The notes beneath the pieces are model-generated. The model worked only from the letters and a program-made list of their open reading frames with translations, had not been told where the DNA came from and searched no databases. From positions 68,820,001-68,884,000 of the forward strand of contig NC_134470.1 in the NCBI RefSeq assembly GCF_964194025.1: a DNA stretch of 64,000 nt. Direction: 5' to 3'. Both the position numbers and the translations under genes were made by a program. This DNA is from Convolutriloba macropyga. Its lineage: Eukaryota. Positions 52,814 to 64,000 of the stretch are shown piece after piece (the stretch's first letter is position 1; every line of letters starts with the position of its first letter).

Positions 52814-53619
52814 AATTTTAAAGACAAGGCAGAAATATTCAATCGGTATTTCGTTTCTGCATTTAGCAAGAATGAAAAAGTAACAACTACGAAAAATTAT
52901 GAAAGTTTAAATAAACTGACATGTAGCGAAAAGCAAATCGGCGATATTTTATATATGTAAAAGAAACCGATTTGTCAAATTAAAATTACTTCCGATATTT
53001 AAAATAATCGTTTTCGAACTTTACGTTCATCGTCAGGTTAAAGCTGTTTTACAAATTGTTAAAACATAAAATAAATATGTATTTACATTTGTCTGTGACC
53101 ACACTTAAAACAATTCTAGGAACTATCCAAAAAAATTCAGTCGAAAATTTTTCCATTTTTACAATATTTAGCCTATTTATAACTCAATTTTATAATCCGT
53201 TATCAATTTATTTAAAAACATTACTATTCTTCCTATTCCGGATTTTTCGATTTTGGCCATGTTCTTGTATTTTTAAGGTTATTCCGAATTTGCCCTAACT
53301 TACGTATCCCTCATGTGGAGGTTTTGCAAATTTCGTTTTGTCATGCACAAAAAATATTTTCGCCCTCTGTATCCTCATCTAGTCAAAATTATAATTTGAA
53401 CTAATGTTTTAACGTGAGTTCCCGACCCCTATATTCATCGCGTGTGTTTAGTGCTGGCTTCAGCTTGCTGATGTACATAGATTCGGTAACCATGAGTTTT
53501 TCTACCGTCCGACAAGCGTCCAGAATTTTCCATTCAACGTCATTCGTGGCGCCACGACATTGACCTTAATTTCCGCGTCGTAAAAACCACTTGCAATTCG
53601 CATAGTTTCTTCAATTGAT

Positions 53620-54802
53620 GTGACATTTTATCGGCCAATAAGACTACTTTGCGGTTCCTCAAAATTTTTGACAAAATTTACTGTTTTTTTGAAAGGAAGT
53701 CTGCTTGAAAATTCGAAATTTCTCGGAATTGGGTGGAAACATATGGGGACTAATAAAGTCGTATCTCTCAAACAGAAAGCAGTTTGTTCACATAAACGGC
53801 AAAAAAGTTTTCGTTCCGAAATGTCATAAGCGGTGTACCCCAATGGTCAATTCTTGGGCCACTTCTATTTCTCCTGATCATCAATGACTTGCCTGAATTG
53901 CAGCAAGAATTTGAAGGCTGCAGTCACGCTGATGATTTTAAAGATATAGTGCGCAACCAAAATGAATAAAACAACAGAAACTGTTCAGAACTTAACACCA
54001 ACAAAATGAAACTAAGTACAAGGTAATCTCATATACTTAACATAAAAGGGAGCATCAAGGCGAAAATTGGGAGAAAGATCTGGAACCAAAAAATCTCAAC
54101 GTGATCTGGGGCTCATTATTCAGCAAAATTTAAGTTGGAGTGGAAATTGCCGTAGAAAGTCTAAGAAAACAATGAGCGCACTCTTTCAAATGAAACGTAA
54201 TTTGTCAAGTTTATGTGACTGGAAAGTGAAACTAAATGCAAACATTGGATATGGTTTGCCGATTGTCATCTAAGCCTCTCAAAGGAAGCCACCAAGTAGA
54301 AGTTACCTCCACGAAAAGTCCAAGACAATGCAACGAAATGGATAGTCAGCTCAAATCAAAGCTACCGGAATCGCTTAGTGACATTAAAACTCTTACCACT
54401 GAGTCTCTATGTATAGATGGATGATCTTTTGCTTCTATTATCCATTATCCGAGGGGACTGTGATGTAGTTATTAACGATAAAGAAAAACCAGTAGAAACG
54501 ACACGTCAGAGTGAACCGGGTGAATATCGAATCCCAAAAGCGAGAATTAACAAAACTAACAATGACTAATTTAGAAGAGAGAAATTGCTCTTCAACTATG
54601 TTTCTAGAATTGCCAATGATTATGGAAAGACTCTAAACAAAATTACCTTACAAAAATGTATTGAAATTTTTTCACAAAACATTATGTGGAAGGTAATAAT
54701 TGCACATGGAGAGTGTTTTGCAGCTGTGGAAACTGCAACATACTAAAAGAGATAAAACTGATCTGAACAGTACACTTGGTGGAAACGCAAGAGTCTTACC
54801 TA
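53620..54802 (+). mobile_element. Heavily decayed CR1/L2-group LINE RT fragment
   Basis: [34 protein letters not shown] (~53930), RDLG; many stops and frameshifts; boundaries approximate. Confidence 0.8.
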
Positions 54803-55509
54803 NNNNNNNNNNNNNNNNNNNNNNNNNNNNNNNNNNNNNNNNNNNNNNNNNNNNNNNNNNNNNNNNNNNNNNNNNNNNNNNNNNNNNNNNNNNNNNNNNN
54901 NNNNNNNNNNNNNNNNNNNNNNNNNNNNNNNNNNNNNNNNNNNNNNNNNNNNNNNNNNNNNNNNNNNNNNNNNNNNNNNNNNNNNNNNNNNNNNNNNNNN
55001 NNNNNNNNNNNNNNNNNNNNNNNNNNNNNNNNNNNNNNNNNNNNNNNNNNNNNNNNNNNNNNNNNNNNNNNNNNNNNNNNNNNNNNNNNNNNNNNNNNNN
55101 NNNNNNNNNNNNNNNNNNNNNNNNNNNNNNNNNNNNNNNNNNNNNNNNNNNNNNNNNNNNNNNNNNNNNNNNNNNNNNNNNNNNNNNNNNNNNNNNNNNN
55201 NNNNNNNNNNNNNNNNNNNNNNNNNNNNNNNNNNNNNNNNNNNNNNNNNNNNNNNNNNNNNNNNNNNNNNNNNNNNNNNNNNNNNNNNNNNNNNNNNNNN
55301 NNNNNNNNNNNNNNNNNNNNNNNNNNNNNNNNNNNNNNNNNNNNNNNNNNNNNNNNNNNNNNNNNNNNNNNNNNNNNNNNNNNNNNNNNNNNNNNNNNNN
55401 NNNNNNNNNNNNNNNNNNNNNNNNNNNNNNNNNNNNNNNNNNNNNNNNNNNNNNNNNNNNNNNNNNNNNNNNNNNNNNNNNNNNNNNNNNNNNNNNNNNN
55501 NNNNNNNNN
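54803..55509. other. Assembly gap
   Basis: Run of N. Confidence 1.
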
Positions 55510-55798
55510 TGGGTAAAGGCGTCCGCGGTTTACGGAAAAGGTCCGAGCCGCCTCAATTTTGATGTTTAAACTCAAATCAACTCCTGAGATTGATTATTAT
55601 GAGCTATAGTTGCCGATTACCGAAGCGGCCATGAAAACAAACCAGTAGTGCTCGTGTTATAGCCTTCCAAAAATTTAATTGTTTTTTCTGTTCTAGCGTT
55701 TTTCTCCTTTTTTAACGGTGAAAAACCATTAATATTGAACTTTTATGAACAGATTTTTATCTCTACTTTATGAAACATGTGCGTTTTTTATTTCTGAT

Positions 55799-56671
55799 AA
55801 GTATTTGTTGAGATATTGAGCTATAAGAGTAGGGTGCTTTTTTGCCAAAAAGTAAGGAAAATTGAACAGGCAGTTTCTCTTTGAAAAACTCCTTTTTTTC
55901 TAATTTTTTTTGTTCCTGTCTTGTATGTCTACTTTCTGTCATTTTTGTTCTTATGAAGTTTTGACGTAGCTTTTTCGGATACGGTGAAAGTTTCGGCCAA
56001 TAAAATCGGTTTGACTAAGTCGAGTGCGTTTGGACATCCTCAGATCCGAAATGAGGTGATTTCTGATGAATGACCACAGAGTTCTGAAATTTGGCTTCCA
56101 GCTTCGTAATAGTACGACAATCCACCTACCAAAAAACTGGAGCTTTATTTGGAGTGAAAAAGTACAAAAAAACACTCTAGAAAAACGGCTTTCAAATATG
56201 GGTAACAGTTTTTGATTATTTTTGGCCCAATTTGTTCAAAGTATTTGTTGAGATATTGAGCTATAAGAGTAGGGTGCTTCTTTTGCCAAAAAGTAAGGAA
56301 AATTGAACAGGCAGTCTCTCTTAGAAAAACTCCTTTTTTTCTAATTTTTTTTGTTCCTGACTTGTATGACTACTTTCTGTCATTTTTGTTCTTATGAAGT
56401 TTTGACGTAGCTTTTTCGGATACGGTGAAAGTTTCGGCCTATAAAATCGGTTTGACTAAGTCGAGTGCGTTTGGACATCCTCAGATCCGAAATGAGGTGA
56501 TTTCTGATGAATGACCACAGAGTTCTGAAATTCGGCTTCCAGCTTCGGAATAGTACGACAACCCACCTACCAAAAAACTGGAGCTTTATTTGGAGTGAAA
56601 AAGTAGAAAAAACACTCTAAAAAACGGCTTTCAAATATGGGTAACAGTTTTTGATTATTTTTGGCCCAATT
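55799..56671. repeat. Tandem duplication, 440-bp period, 2 near-identical copies
   Basis: gtatttgttgagatattgagc at 55801 and 56241; both copies end ttggcccaatt. Confidence 0.9.
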
Positions 56672-57168
56672 CTGATATTTTCTAATTGATTGCAAATTTT
56701 TGCCTCAAATTTACTTTTTTGGAAGCGCAAAGATGAAAAGTAGGAGGTGACATGCTGGCCATGTGTAGAAAATTTAAAAAACATGTTTTACTGACGTAAA
56801 AATATTAAAGGAAAATTAAAAAGGAAATGTTTTTCATAAAAAAATGAGGCCATTTCGATCTGGATTTTTCTAGTGCTGTTAAACAAACTTTGTCATCAGC
56901 CGGAAATGGTGCGTTTTAAATATCATATAAAAAAACCAAATCCAGTCAAAAAAAGTTGTTCAAAAACAACTGCGAATTCTAAAAAAAACACCAGATATTT
57001 TTTTATATATTGTCGGGAATTCCTTGATTTCGACCGTTTCCCTATCCACAGAATGGATTTTTGAAAAGCAAATCAAGCGATCTCTAAATGATCAAAGCGA
57101 CAATTGGTTCAGAAATTAACAAATCAGTTACTTTTCTTCTCAAACTTTTTTTTGCACGAAAATGCAAC

Positions 57169-59113
57169 ATGGGTAATGGTGAGAATTTTGTAGTCAAATG
57201 AGCAAGGGTTACAGAAATGTCTACAAAAAACAATAAATTGATCCAAAAATGCCAAATCTAAAACGCTGAGGTCTTTCAATTGTTCTCTGAGAGGAAATTA
57301 AGTTATTACACGCATCAAAACAACGCTTCTGAAGCAAAAAAAACAACTATTACCAAAATTTGAGGTCAGTTGGGAAAATGAGAAAAAACTATTTGAAAAA
57401 TTTGATAGCAGAAAGAAATTTTTCAATTTGTCTAAATGAAATAAACAAAATAAAACTTTAGTGTCTCTGTGTGCAGGCTGCAAAATCTATTGAAAAAATC
57501 TTTTAAAGCACGTTTCTCTGATAATCAATTTTTTTTAAAAATGGGTAACTTGTTCGAGATGTTCGTTTGGCCATTTCAAAAAAGTTTTTTTCCTAAAGAA
57601 GAATGAACTACAATCGTACTATTCCTTGGAACTAGTTTATCTTTGAAGAATATTCTCCATATTGACCAAAACTAAACTCGATAAAAAATACAAAAAACAG
57701 AAAAAACCTAATGCGTAAGAAAACAATTCTACGGCAGCAAAAAAAAAATATGTTTTCATTTTTTTGATCAACAAAATCTTTTAAATTTTACTCAAACTCC
57801 TTCAGGGCATCGAGACACCAACTTATGAAAAAAACAAACCAAAATAGGCAAAAAAATTGCCAAAATCTGCACAGTTGTTAAACCAACATATACAAAACTG
57901 AACCACACTTGAATCTGTTTAACTTTGTTTTTGTTAAAACTAAACGCCCTATTCTGTTTCTCAGGTTTTTTAGAAAACAATTATGGATCAATTCTTTCCT
58001 CTAATTATTTTTGTGACAAAAAGTACACTTTTCAATTTTGGTCAGAAAGTGGAATATGGGTAATGGTGAGGTTTTTGAACTCATATGCGCCAGGTTTATA
58101 GAAATGTTTACAAAAAAGACAAATTAATGGTCCAAAAAAGCCAATTCCAAAACGCTGATATCTTTCAATTGTTATCTGAGAGGAAGTTAGTTGTGATACG
58201 CATCAAAACAACGCTGCGGATGCAAAAAAACGGCTATTACCAAAATTTGAGGTCAGTTGGACGAAAATGAGAAAAAACTATATGCAAAATTTGATAGCAG
58301 AAAGAAGTTTTTCTAATTGTCTATATAAAATTAACAAAATAATTATTTAGTGTCTCTGTGTGCAGGTTGCAAGTTCTATTAAAAAAATCTTTTGAAGCAC
58401 GTTTCTCTGATAATCAATTTTTTTTAAAATGGGTAACTTGTTCGAGATGTTCGTTTGGCCATTTCAAAAAAGTTTTTCCCTAAACAAGAATGAACTAAAA
58501 TCGTACTATTCCTTCGAACTAGTTTATCTTTGAAGAATCCTCTCCATATTGGCCAAAACTAAACTCGATAAAAAATAAAAAAAAAAAACAGAAAAAACCT
58601 GATGCGTAAGAAAACAATTCTACGACAGCAAAAGTAAAAAGCAGAAAAAGCTAAAATGTTTTCATTTTTTCTGATGAACATTGTCTTCTTATTTTTTACT
58701 CAAACTTATTCAAGGCATCGAAAACTTTTTCTGAATAAAAACAAACCAAAATTGGCAAAAAATGCCAAAATCTGCACAGTTGTTAAAACAACATATACAA
58801 AATTGAACTACACTTGAAGCTGTTTAACTGTGATTTTGTTAAAACTCAACAAACTATTCTGTTTCTCAAGTGTTTTAAACAATAATTGTGGATCAATTAC
58901 TTCCTCTAATTTTATTTGAGACAAAAAAGTACACTTTTCAATTGTGGTCGGAATGTGGAATGTGGGTAATGGTGATGTTTTAGAACTCAAATATGCCAGG
59001 ATTACAGAAGTCTCTACAAAAAAAAACAACTTATTGACACAAATATGCCAAATCTAAAACGCGGAGGTTTTTCAATTGTTATCTGAGAGGTAGTGAAGTT
59101 ATGGAACGCATCA
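57169..59113. repeat. Tandem repeat, ~890-905-bp period, ~2.2 copies
   Basis: tgggtaatggtga at ~57170, 58057 and 58963, with collinear similarity between copies. Confidence 0.85.
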
Positions 59114-59137
59114 ACATTGTTTGCTGCGAAACATATA

Positions 59138-60240
59138 CAAAAATGAGCAAAAGAAAACAAAAAAAAATAAATTTTGGACGCAAAAGTTGGACCTTATCAC
59201 CAGAAACTTAGGTCAACAATTCTAAAATGGATCAAAAACACAGACACACAGTGCTATTTTCACTGTAAATACGGAGCCATTAACGCTTATAAAAGATTAA
59301 ATTTTTCAACATAAGCTTTGTCTAAATCAAACTTAACGTTTGCAGTAGAGCACAATTTATACTGGAGTAGTCACAATTTAGATCACAATTTATACTGGAG
59401 GAGTTTTTGATTTCTGGGAATAGGCTTAAAATGACGAACTTATATAGCAGTTTTTATGGCGGCCAAAAAATGGGGGACCATCCCGAATTGGAGGCCAAGC
59501 CTCCAATTCGGCGGTCCCCCAATTTTATTCTTTGAAATCTTTTTCCTTTTTTCAAGTTTTTCAAGTGAATTCCAACTTTTTTGCCAATAACATGCACACT
59601 GTTGCTTCCACAAAAATTTGAAATTATTATTATTAGCATCCCATGAAATGATTTTTACACTATTTTCTGCAAAACCTAAACAAAATTTGGCAAAAGAGAA
59701 CCAAAAAAATAAATTTTGGACACAAAAGTTGGAACTTATCACAAACGCCTATGTCAACATTTCTAAAATGAATCCAGAACACACACGGTGACAATTTCAC
59801 TATAAATACGGAGCCATTGACACTTACAAAAGATTAAAGCTTGCAACATAAGCTTTTCCTAAATCAACTTTAACGTTTACAGTAGAGCAAAGTTTTATCA
59901 GGACAAAAGATGAAACAAGTCACAATTTATACTGGAGGAGTTTTGGATTTCTGGATATAGGCTTAAAAAGACGAACAAAATTGGCAATTTTAATGGCGGC
60001 CAAAAAAATGGGGGACCATCCCGAATTGGAGGCCAAGCCTCCAATTCGGGCGGTCCCCCATTTTTTTCTTTGAAAATTTTTTCTTTTTTTCAAGTGTTTA
60101 AAGTAAAATCCAACTTTTTTTTAGCCAATAACAGGCACACTGTTGCCTACACACAAATTTAAAATTATTATTAGTAACCCAAGAAAAGATTTTTAAACTT
60201 TACTGTAAAAGTTAAACAAAAATGGGCAAAAGAGAACAAG
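59138..60240. repeat. Tandem repeat, ~540-bp period; each unit carries a ~65-bp GC-rich palindrome
   Basis: Units start at ~59138 and ~59681; hairpins at 59465-59527 and 60002-60067. Confidence 0.85.
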
Positions 60241-61315
60241 AAAAACAAAAATAAACAACTGCTCTTCAAAACTTCTCTTAGAGTGAACGTCTTGTGAGCA
60301 ATTTTATGTTTTATTGTACACGTAATCAACCATAAGAAGTGACAAGCAGAAAAAAATAGTTAAGCCAGGCCACAGAATTTAGGCTTTTTGCAAAGTTTTT
60401 AACCAAGTAATAAAATCAAAATCCATCTTTTGCTTCGCGCTCTGAGTGCAGAGCCAAACGTTTTTCTTTAAATGACGTTTAAACAAAGTATTATCTACTG
60501 AAAAAACGATGTTAAGGCGGGCAACAATATCTGCAGCATAGATTAAATTGTTACTGAGAGAACGGGAAAACGTGTGGTAAGAAACACAACAAACTGCAAC
60601 AATGAGGAGGATATTTAACGTTTTTCTCCAATTTTCTTTTTTCGAATTCCATAGAATTGATTCTTAGTCCAAAATGCCCGCAATTTTTGCGATGAAAGAG
60701 CAACCCACAAGGTTAGTAACGCTGTAAATGAGCCTGATTGTAAAATGTAAAACCTGCATTTTGTTGTAAAAATCTGACATCACATTTCGAACAGACAGAT
60801 GGAATTTGACTGAAATTGTCTACGCTTCTTCTGTAAAAAGTACTCAAAATTCTGTGAGTTCGGAATCATTTTGTCTTCTGAAGTAAGCTTTTGTAAATTT
60901 TCTCTAATTTTCAGTAAAAAAATAAGCTGAGCACTGCTCTTACACGAATGAAACGAAAAGACAATTCACCAAATAAATTTTTTCTAAGCAAAAAAAAACA
61001 TAATTCAAAAGTAACGACAAAGTTTCTAATTTTTCCAAAAAAATAGTTTATCCAGTCTTATTATCGGTCATTTTTTGTGATTGGCCGCAAAATTACAAAA
61101 TACTACCCAAACTTTACTCTTGTCAAATAAGTCAGTTGAGTGTGATCGAAAATGGGTATCGGGACAAAATGCAAAATGGTCGCCAAAACAAACGTGTAAA
61201 ATGGGCACTTTCGAATCTTAATATGGATACCTATTTCAAAATTTAATTTGGTAATCTTAATATGGCTAAGTGTAATTTCTGTAGCCAAAGTGTATTATGG
61301 GTGAAAAATGGACCA

Positions 61316-61543
61316 NNNNNNNNNNNNNNNNNNNNNNNNNNNNNNNNNNNNNNNNNNNNNNNNNNNNNNNNNNNNNNNNNNNNNNNNNNNNNNNNNNNNN
61401 NNNNNNNNNNNNNNNNNNNNNNNNNNNNNNNNNNNNNNNNNNNNNNNNNNNNNNNNNNNNNNNNNNNNNNNNNNNNNNNNNNNNNNNNNNNNNNNNNNNN
61501 NNNNNNNNNNNNNNNNNNNNNNNNNNNNNNNNNNNNNNNNNNN
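61316..61543. other. Assembly gap
   Basis: Run of N. Confidence 1.
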
Positions 61544-64000
61544 CAAATATGAAATAAAGGCACGGTTGGCAACAAATACAAACAAAACAAGAAGAGTTAT
61601 TTGTTTGGTTATTCTGTGAAGTGCTGTACGACGAAATTGTTGAAGGCATTCTTTGACCCGGTTGCTGCTTTCTCCTGCAATCTGGTGAACGATACTTTGT
61701 TTCGTACACAGTCTCCTTCGATTTGACTCATCCACGTTTTCCGTTGCCCCCCAGGAGCGCGTCTAGCATGGACGTATTGATCGGGCGGGTCCCAATCGAA
61801 GGCACTGCGGGCTAATCTTCCTGGTTCCATTCTCTGGATGTGTCCGTACCATTTTATCCGTTTGAGCATGATCATCGTGGATAGTTGGGGCATTCGTGAT
61901 CTTGACATAATTTCTTCGTTCGTTGCTTTCTCCAGATATGACACACGTAGAATTCTCCGAAGACAACCACAGTGGAAACTCTCTCAAGTTTTCTCTCCAT
62001 TAATTTCGAAAGAGTCCAAGTCTCTGAGCTGTACAGCACGGCTGATAAAACGAGTGCTCTGTACAAATTGCACTTGAGGTGCACGCTGAGCTGCTTGCTC
62101 TTCCAGAGATTTTGGAAGTTAGCAAAACGTTGCCTACCTTCTGCAAGTTTGCAATTGACTTCCTGCAGGTCTCCATGCTTGAGGCTGACATATGATCCGA
62201 GATACTTGAACGCTTCTATGTTTTCAAACTCGTTTCCGAGAACATCTTGTACTTTGCAGGAAAACACGCGTGTGTCAACTGCTTTAGGTTTGCCACAGTA
62301 TCTCGATTGGTGAACTTTTCGGCCATTGACTGTTTTGAACTTTCTTTCACAATTGTCACAGGTAAGGCTCGCCTCTAGTTGCTCGAACTTTGACTTGTCG
62401 ACGACATTCTTTGACAAACCGGCTTTGCAGAACCTTGTTTGGTGCACTTTGCGTCCGGTAACTGTACTGAATTGCCGCTGACAATTCTGACATCTTAAAG
62501 ACTCTTGGTCAGCCACCACTGACCGACTCTCATTTTCTAGCGACTCTGAATCTGCTACCGCAGATTGTTGTTGTGAAGCTACCAACGCTGGCTTAGCCAC
62601 CGCTAAGCTTTTCAATCTTAGCTTCCGGCCATCTTGTGTTTCGAACCAGCCCGCTTTCTTTTTCGTTCCAAGCAGCACCTCCGTGCTGATGGTTAGTCGT
62701 GACTGGCTAGATGTCTCTGCCAGGAGTCCTAGTTTGCCTTTATGTGTTCCAGTGAGTATCTCCACGTTCTATTGGATACTAGGCACTGCAACAACATTTG
62801 GGCTGTCGCATTTTACGCCCATATTCTTTGTTTTGGCCACATTAATCTTCAGACCAGCGGCTTCCGCAAGGGCCTCGATTCGATGTAGGTTTTCTTGCAC
62901 CTCACTGTCTGAGACCCCCACGAGAGCAACATCATCAGCAAAATCTAAGTCAGCCGCCAATCTCCCAATGTCTAATCCTCCATGCACCGAGTTAGCCAAA
63001 ATGTAGTTGATGACAAGGCCGAATAGGATTGGGGACCACACATCACCCTGCCTAACGCCCGTTCTGACATCAAATAAGCGTCCTTTCTCACCTTCGGCTT
63101 TGACTCGACATTTGAATCCATCATAGCTGTTTCTTATGATGTTTATCACTTTTTGCGGAAGACCATAGTGTTTCATTATCTGGTACATCTGCTCACGATC
63201 GACAGAATCGAATGCCGCTCGAAAGTCTATGAAACAAAAGCTAATATCCAATTGAAACGCCATTGATTTCTCTATTATTTGACGCAGGGCAAAGAGTTGA
63301 TCGGCGCATCCTCTGCTTTTTCTGAAGCCGCACTGCTCTTCCCTTAAAACGCGATCCACTGAATCTTTGCATCGATTGAGAATAACGGAAGCGAACACTT
63401 TGCCTGGTACTGACAATAGAGAGATCCCTCGGTGGTTCGAACACTCTGACCTCTTTCCTTTACTCTTGTATAATGGGACAATTTCTGCTACCTTCCAGTC
63501 ATCGGTCAGAACTTCCGTCGACCAACACTTATCTATGATGTCCCAGAGCCACTCGACAATACCCTTGTGTGCTTTCAACATCTCACAGGAAATGTTATCG
63601 GGTCCACTTGCCTTGCCATTCTTCAACCTGCGGACAGCTTCAAGCACTTCTTCAGATCGAATTGGGCTCAGGTCAATCGACAAGCTTTCAGCTGCTTCTT
63701 CGGGATCCAATCTCGTACTGCAACTGGATGTTGAGGGATTCAGGAGTTGACTAAAATGTTCCGTCCAGCGTTCAAGTCGTTCCTCTTTCGTCCGTAAGTT
63801 GACGCCAGTGCTTGAAACTAATTTGGTCAACTGGGGACTCCAGTTTCGTCAAATCCGCTGTGATGCCCCAAAAACCTCCTTCAAGTTGCCTCTGTCCGCA
63901 AAGCTCTGCACTTCTTGGCCTTTGCGTTCAAGCCATGCCCGTTTGTCTGCACGTAGAGCTTTTCTGACTTCCTTACAGCAGTTTGTGAACTCTAACAACG
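61544..64000 (-). mobile_element. RTE-type non-LTR retrotransposon (continues past the window end), lightly degraded
   Basis: KASGPDNI, SNHRGISLLSVPGKVF, EEQCGFRKSRGCADQLF, FIDFRAAFDSVDR, GVRQGDVWSPILF, LDFADD, GLKINVAKTK, FKYLGS, VLYSSETWTL, KWYGHIQRM, GGQRKTW. Confidence 0.93.
61609..64000 (-). pseudogene. RTE ORF: reverse transcriptase with internal KOW-like and two C2HC zinc-finger insertion
   Basis: One reading frame, broken by in-frame stops (~63850, 62769-62771) and a frameshift near 61980 (GAGAGAG); natural stop at 61609. Confidence 0.88.

Noticed and set aside
54700-55575. Long ORFs of 246-289 aa
   Set aside because: Artefacts of translating N gaps; the same applies to the ORFs around 61243-61735.
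62769-62771. Programmed readthrough of the TAG in front of the KOW/zinc-finger insert
   Set aside because: This copy has other disabling lesions, so a simple nonsense mutation is more parsimonious; the TAG would need to be conserved in other copies.

Overview
AT-rich, intron-containing animal-type genomic DNA with two assembly gaps (54803-55509, 61316-61543); nothing prokaryotic or CRISPR-like. Host genes, all on the minus strand: (1) a 3-exon, ~141-aa putative membrane protein gene (4837-6196) that the ORF track shows only in part; (2) a ~9-exon gene (30607-48326) for a Ser-rich, probably nuclear protein, with one large exon tandemly duplicated; (3) a 500-aa F-box/LRR-like ORF (50900-52402). 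Mobile DNA: a decayed Ty3/Gypsy element (15174-23025) whose 3' internal segment is also present upstream of the 5' LTR; two decayed CR1/L2-group LINE RT fragments; a Merlin-like MITE family, including a probable self-nested copy; tRNA-derived SINE-like heads; and several complex tandem repeats. The most unusual item is an RTE-type LINE at the right end (61544 to beyond 64000). Its reverse transcriptase carries an in-frame ~175-180-aa insertion between RT motifs 6 and 7, with a KOW-like motif and two C2HC zinc fingers. All calls were made by eye; no database searches were run.
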